The position numbers were made by a program, and so were the translations under genes. From an uncultured Chromatiales bacterium (GTDB taxonomy: Bacteria > Pseudomonadota > Gammaproteobacteria > SZUA-140), in the NCBI GenBank assembly GCA_964581365.1, contig CAZOOF010000003.1:28042-92041 (forward strand): a DNA stretch of 64,000 nt, read 5' to 3'. Below the pieces are notes generated by a model that did no database searches, was not told the DNA's origin, and saw only the letters and a program-made list of their open reading frames with translations. Shown here piece after piece: positions 60,401 to 64,000 of this stretch (its first letter is position 1; the number at the start of each line of letters is the position of its first letter).

Positions 60401-62671
60401 ATGCTCGCCACACTCAAGCGCATCGTTCAGGAGGTCAACGGGGCTGGCGACCTGGCCGAGGCGCTTCACATCATTGTCACCCGCGTAAAGCAGGCGATGC
60501 GGGTGGATGTCTGTTCGGTCTATCTGTTCGACACTGTCACCGACCAGTATGTGCTGATGGCAACCGACGGTTTTAATCCGGAGGCCGTTGGGACGGTACG
60601 ACTGGCTCGAGGCGAAGGTCTCGTCAGCGTGGTGGGCGAAACCGAAGAGGCGCTGAACCTCGACGATGCGCCGGCACATCCCCGTTACCACTTCGTCGCC
60701 GAAACCGGCGAAAGCTACTATCACGGCTTCCTTGGCGTCCCGATCATCCATCACCGCAGTGTGATGGGGGTCCTGGTGGTGCGGCAGGGGGATAAGCGCC
60801 GCTTCGACGAGGATGAGGTCGCTTTCCTGCTCACCGTCGCGGCTCAGCTTTCCGGCGCCATTGCGCTGGCGATGGTGAACGGAGGTATTCGTGGCCTCAA
60901 TCGCCAGGCCTCGGGCGACGATTCACATCCGATTCCGGGACTGGCGGGAGCGCCTGGGGTCGCTGCCGGGACTGCGCTGGTCATCTATCCGCCGACCGAC
61001 CTGGATGCGGTGCCCGATCGTCAGGCTACCGATATCGAAGCCGAGATCGCGTCGTTCCGGGCTGCGCTGGACGCAGCCCGAGCCGATATCGGCGCGCTCG
61101 AGGCGGTCATGGGCGAGTCCCTGACTGCCGAGGATCAGGCGCTGTTCCGCGCCTATTCGCTGATGCTGGCCAGTCCCGGTCTGGAGCGCGAAACCATCGA
61201 GCGCATCCGGGCCGGGAACTGGGCCGCGGGTGCGCTGCGCGCGACCATTCGCGAGCACACTCGCGTCTTCGAGGCAATGGAAGATCCCTACCTGCGCGAG
61301 CGGGCGGGCGATATCCGGGATATCGGTCTGCGCATCCTCGCCCGGCTGCAGCAGATTTCTCCGACACGCCCGCAGGCTTTTCCTCCGAACACCATTCTGG
61401 TCGGCGAGGAGCTGACGGTTTCTGCGCTGGCGGAGGTGCCGCTCGAGTGCCTGGCCGGCGTGGTCTCGGTGCGCGGCTCGACCTTCTCGCATGTGGCCAT
61501 TCTGGCCCGTTCTCTCGGCATCCCCGCGGTGCTGGGAGTGAGCGACCTGCCGGTCACGCATGTCGACGGGGCGGAAATCGTCGTGGACGGCTACCGCGGC
61601 TGGATCTACGTCAAGCCCTCCACTGCGGTGCGGGCAGAGTATGACCGCCTGATTCGCGAAGAAAAGCAGCTCGCTCGGGATCTGGAGGAATTGCGTGACC
61701 TGCCCGCCGTTACCGTCGACGGTGTACATGTGCCGCTGTATGCGAATGCCGGTCTGGTTTCGGATGTCGTGCCCTCGCTGCGCCAGGGAGCGGAAGGCAT
61801 CGGCCTTTATCGCACCGAGTTTCCCTTCATGATCCGCAACCAGTTCCCGGGCGAGGAAGAGCAGCGGCGCATCTACCGCCAGGTGCTGGAGGCATTCGCA
61901 CCCCGTCCCGTCACCATTCGTACTCTCGATGTCGGCGGCGACAAAATGCTGCCGTATTTCCCCATCCACGAGGAGAATCCGTTTCTCGGCTGGCGCGGCA
62001 TCCGGATTTCACTCGATCACCCCGAGCTGTTCCTGATCCAGCTGCGGGCTATCATGCGAGCCGATATCGGTTTGAACAACGCCCGGTTGCTGTTGCCGAT
62101 GATCAGCTCGGTGAGCGAAGTCGAGGCCGCGCTGCGGCTGTTGCGACGGGTGCATCAGGATCTGCTGGACGAGGAGCCCGAGGTGCGCCTGCCTCCGATC
62201 GGAGTCATGGTGGAGGTTCCCTCGGCGGTGTACATGATCGAGGCGCTGGCTGAGCGAGTGGATTATCTCTCCATCGGCAGCAATGACCTCACCCAGTACA
62301 TGCTGGCGGTCGACCGCAACAACTCGCGGGTTGCAGGCCTTTACGATGCGCTGCATCCGGCCGTGCTGCGAGCGCTTAAACAGGCGATCTCGGGCGCTCA
62401 GCGGTGCGGCCGTCCGATAGGGGTGTGTGGAGAGATGGCCGGAGATCCGGCGGCGGTGATTCTGCTGCTGGGTATGGGAGTGTCCAATCTCAGCGCCAGC
62501 GTTGCCAGCCTGCCGCGCATCAAGCGGGTGATCCGCAGTTTTACCGTGGCGCAGGCGCGTGACATCCTGAATCAGGCGCTCGCCATGAACGATGCCCAGG
62601 AAATTCGCGCCTACGTCGCTTCTGTGCTGGAAGTTGCGGGACTCGGCGGCTTGGTGCGCGTCGGTCAGTGA
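60401..62671 (+). CDS. ptsP: Enzyme I(Ntr), GAF-domain PEP phosphotransferase
   Basis: N-terminal GAF domain, SHVAILARS, GIGLYRTE, NPFLGWRG. Confidence 0.96.
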   Translation: MLATLKRIVQEVNGAGDLAEALHIIVTRVKQAMRVDVCSVYLFDTVTDQYVLMATDGFNPEAVGTVRLARGEGLVSVVGETEEALNLDDAPAHPRYHFVAETGESYYHGFLGVPIIHHRSVMGVLVVRQGDKRRFDEDEVAFLLTVAAQLSGAIALAMVNGGIRGLNRQASGDDSHPIPGLAGAPGVAAGTALVIYPPTDLDAVPDRQATDIEAEIASFRAALDAARADIGALEAVMGESLTAEDQALFRAYSLMLASPGLERETIERIRAGNWAAGALRATIREHTRVFEAMEDPYLRERAGDIRDIGLRILARLQQISPTRPQAFPPNTILVGEELTVSALAEVPLECLAGVVSVRGSTFSHVAILARSLGIPAVLGVSDLPVTHVDGAEIVVDGYRGWIYVKPSTAVRAEYDRLIREEKQLARDLEELRDLPAVTVDGVHVPLYANAGLVSDVVPSLRQGAEGIGLYRTEFPFMIRNQFPGEEEQRRIYRQVLEAFAPRPVTIRTLDVGGDKMLPYFPIHEENPFLGWRGIRISLDHPELFLIQLRAIMRADIGLNNARLLLPMISSVSEVEAALRLLRRVHQDLLDEEPEVRLPPIGVMVEVPSAVYMIEALAERVDYLSIGSNDLTQYMLAVDRNNSRVAGLYDALHPAVLRALKQAISGAQRCGRPIGVCGEMAGDPAAVILLLGMGVSNLSASVASLPRIKRVIRSFTVAQARDILNQALAMNDAQEIRAYVASVLEVAGLGGLVRVGQ

Positions 62672-63063
62672 CGGGGGCGCTCGCCAGCAACCGCAGGACG
62701 CCGTTCATCCCGCCGTCGTTCCTCACGCCCTTGATTCCGTTCGTTTGACCATTCCCGCGCCCGTTCCCGCGGGCCCTGCCATTCGAACTCGCCGCGCGGA
62801 CGGTCCAGAGACTCCTGGTCGGCGCGGTCTGCGGCTTCCCTGAATCGCGGGCCATTCTCTTCCTGCCAGCGCGCCGGAATCCGCTCGCGTGCAGCAGCGG
62901 AACTCTCGCGCGGCAGTTCGATCCGGTGGAGGCTGATGTCATCCAACCGCTCGTGGCGTTCGATGACCCGGATGGTGACATCGAGTTCGCCGACACCCCA
63001 GGCGCCAGTGCTGTACCAGGCGCAGAGGCCCAGAAGGATGGTGCCGCGGACGGACAGACGCAT
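62665..63063 (-). CDS. Secreted hypothetical protein with R/E-rich low-complexity tail
   Basis: Signal-peptide-like N-terminus; directly follows the anti-sigma gene. Confidence 0.55.
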   Translation of the reverse strand: MRLSVRGTILLGLCAWYSTGAWGVGELDVTIRVIERHERLDDISLHRIELPRESSAAARERIPARWQEENGPRFREAADRADQESLDRPRGEFEWQGPRERAREWSNERNQGREERRRDERRPAVAGERPRH

Positions 63064-63066
63064 TGC

Positions 63067-63840
63067 TTACATCACCGTCGATTCAGCGGCCGGGATGATC
63101 TGCGCCGGAGGGAAGGATTGCGGAAGGTAAGCATCGGTCACCTCCATGCGCAATGTCAGACTGCGGTGCCGCTCGGTGTCGGCAATGCGGGTAATCAGAT
63201 CGCCACCCACGCCGGCCTGGGCCGTGATGGGAAGGATGAGGAGATTCTGCCCTGGCTCCAGAGAGCCGCGCCAGCTGATCTCGCGCTGTCCGGGGTAGCC
63301 TGCGAGCTCCAGTCCTTCCGGCAGGTGCACGGTGAAGGTGGCCTCTTCGATGCGTCGCGGTGATTCGAGAGCGAGACTGATTTCCCGCTCTTCGTACAGG
63401 GGAAGAATGAGGGAGGGGATCTCTTCCCTGGAGGCGCTGACGGCATGAATTTCCGCCACCGGTGGCTGCGATTGTGGCGCACTCACCACGGATGTGGGTG
63501 CCATGGCGGGCTCGTTCATGGCCGGCTCATCCTGCAGGCCCGGCCCCAGGGCGAGGACCAGGCTCGCGGCGAGCGCGCCGCCGGCCATTGCGGTTCTGCG
63601 CCGCAGGCGTCGCCGGTGTTCCGTCTCGGCCGCGGCGGCAATGGCCCGGCTGAAGCGGCCCATGTCGGGTTGTGGGACTGGCAGTTCACGCAGGAGCCGT
63701 CTCAGTTCGCGGGTTTCTACCAGCGCCTCACTGCACCGGCGACAGCCGCGCAGATGCGTTTCCACGGCAGTGCGCTCGATCGGTGCCAGGTATCCGTCGA
63801 GGTGATCATCCAGGCGGCTCAGGATGGAAGGGCAGTTCAT
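63067..63840 (-). CDS. Zinc-binding anti-sigma factor (ZAS/zf-HC2), TM, periplasmic domain
   Basis: LDGYL...HLRGCRRC, TM AGGALAASLVLAL. Confidence 0.88.
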   Translation of the reverse strand: MNCPSILSRLDDHLDGYLAPIERTAVETHLRGCRRCSEALVETRELRRLLRELPVPQPDMGRFSRAIAAAAETEHRRRLRRRTAMAGGALAASLVLALGPGLQDEPAMNEPAMAPTSVVSAPQSQPPVAEIHAVSASREEIPSLILPLYEEREISLALESPRRIEEATFTVHLPEGLELAGYPGQREISWRGSLEPGQNLLILPITAQAGVGGDLITRIADTERHRSLTLRMEVTDAYLPQSFPPAQIIPAAESTVM

Positions 63841-63852
63841 GACACAACCCAC

Positions 63853-64000
63853 TCAGGCGCTATGAACATTATGACGAAGAGGCGATGCGGCAGGTTCCAT
63901 TTCATTCCTGCCATCGGCCTCCAGCAACTCGCGCAGCCGGGCCCGCGCCCGGTGCAGTCGCGACTTCAGTGTGCCTATGGGGCAGTCGATGATTTCCTGC
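63853..64000 (-). CDS. ECF sigma factor, C-terminal region 4 (5' part outside the window)
   Basis: Hand translation ...IIDCPIGTLKSRLHRARARLRELL. Confidence 0.88.
   Translation of the reverse strand, partial: QEIIDCPIGTLKSRLHRARARLRELLEADGRNEMEPAASPLRHNVHSA

Overview
High-GC gammaproteobacterial chromosome window (Chromatiales/Thiohalo-like gene content; taxonomy inferred, not tested). Most of it is core housekeeping: thiS-thiG-trmB, serB, hemW-rdgB-rph, yicC-gmk-rpoZ-spoT-ridA-recG, ubiC-ubiA, kdsD-kdsC-lptCAB-rpoN-ptsN-hprK-rapZ-EIIA-HPr-ptsI, a Gld-like ABC system, mutM, yggS-proC-yggT, pilT, btuC/D-like genes, rppH-ptsP and an ECF sigma/anti-sigma pair. Two accessory regions stand out. 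(1) An arsR-arsI-arsC-acr3 cassette beside the 3' end of tRNA-Gly(CCC), with no integrase. (2) An ~18 kb respiratory cluster (33931-51474) built around a divergent C-family (cbb3-like) heme-copper oxidase. It encodes a CcoN with a remodelled ion pathway, an enlarged CcoO, two heme-less CcoP-like paralogues, two stand-alone 4-helix heme-copper-oxidase repeat proteins with HxH motifs, four extra c-type cytochromes, at least four unannotated 30-43 aa membrane microproteins, a Cys-less FGE/NirV-like protein, a membrane-fused spermidine-synthase-like SAM enzyme, and CcoG/CcoS/CcoH-like factors. The parallel duplication of N-, O- and P-like parts suggests a second, miniature heme-copper-type complex or a dedicated assembly machine; this is the best candidate for an undescribed system. 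All family assignments come from motif recognition, with no database searches.
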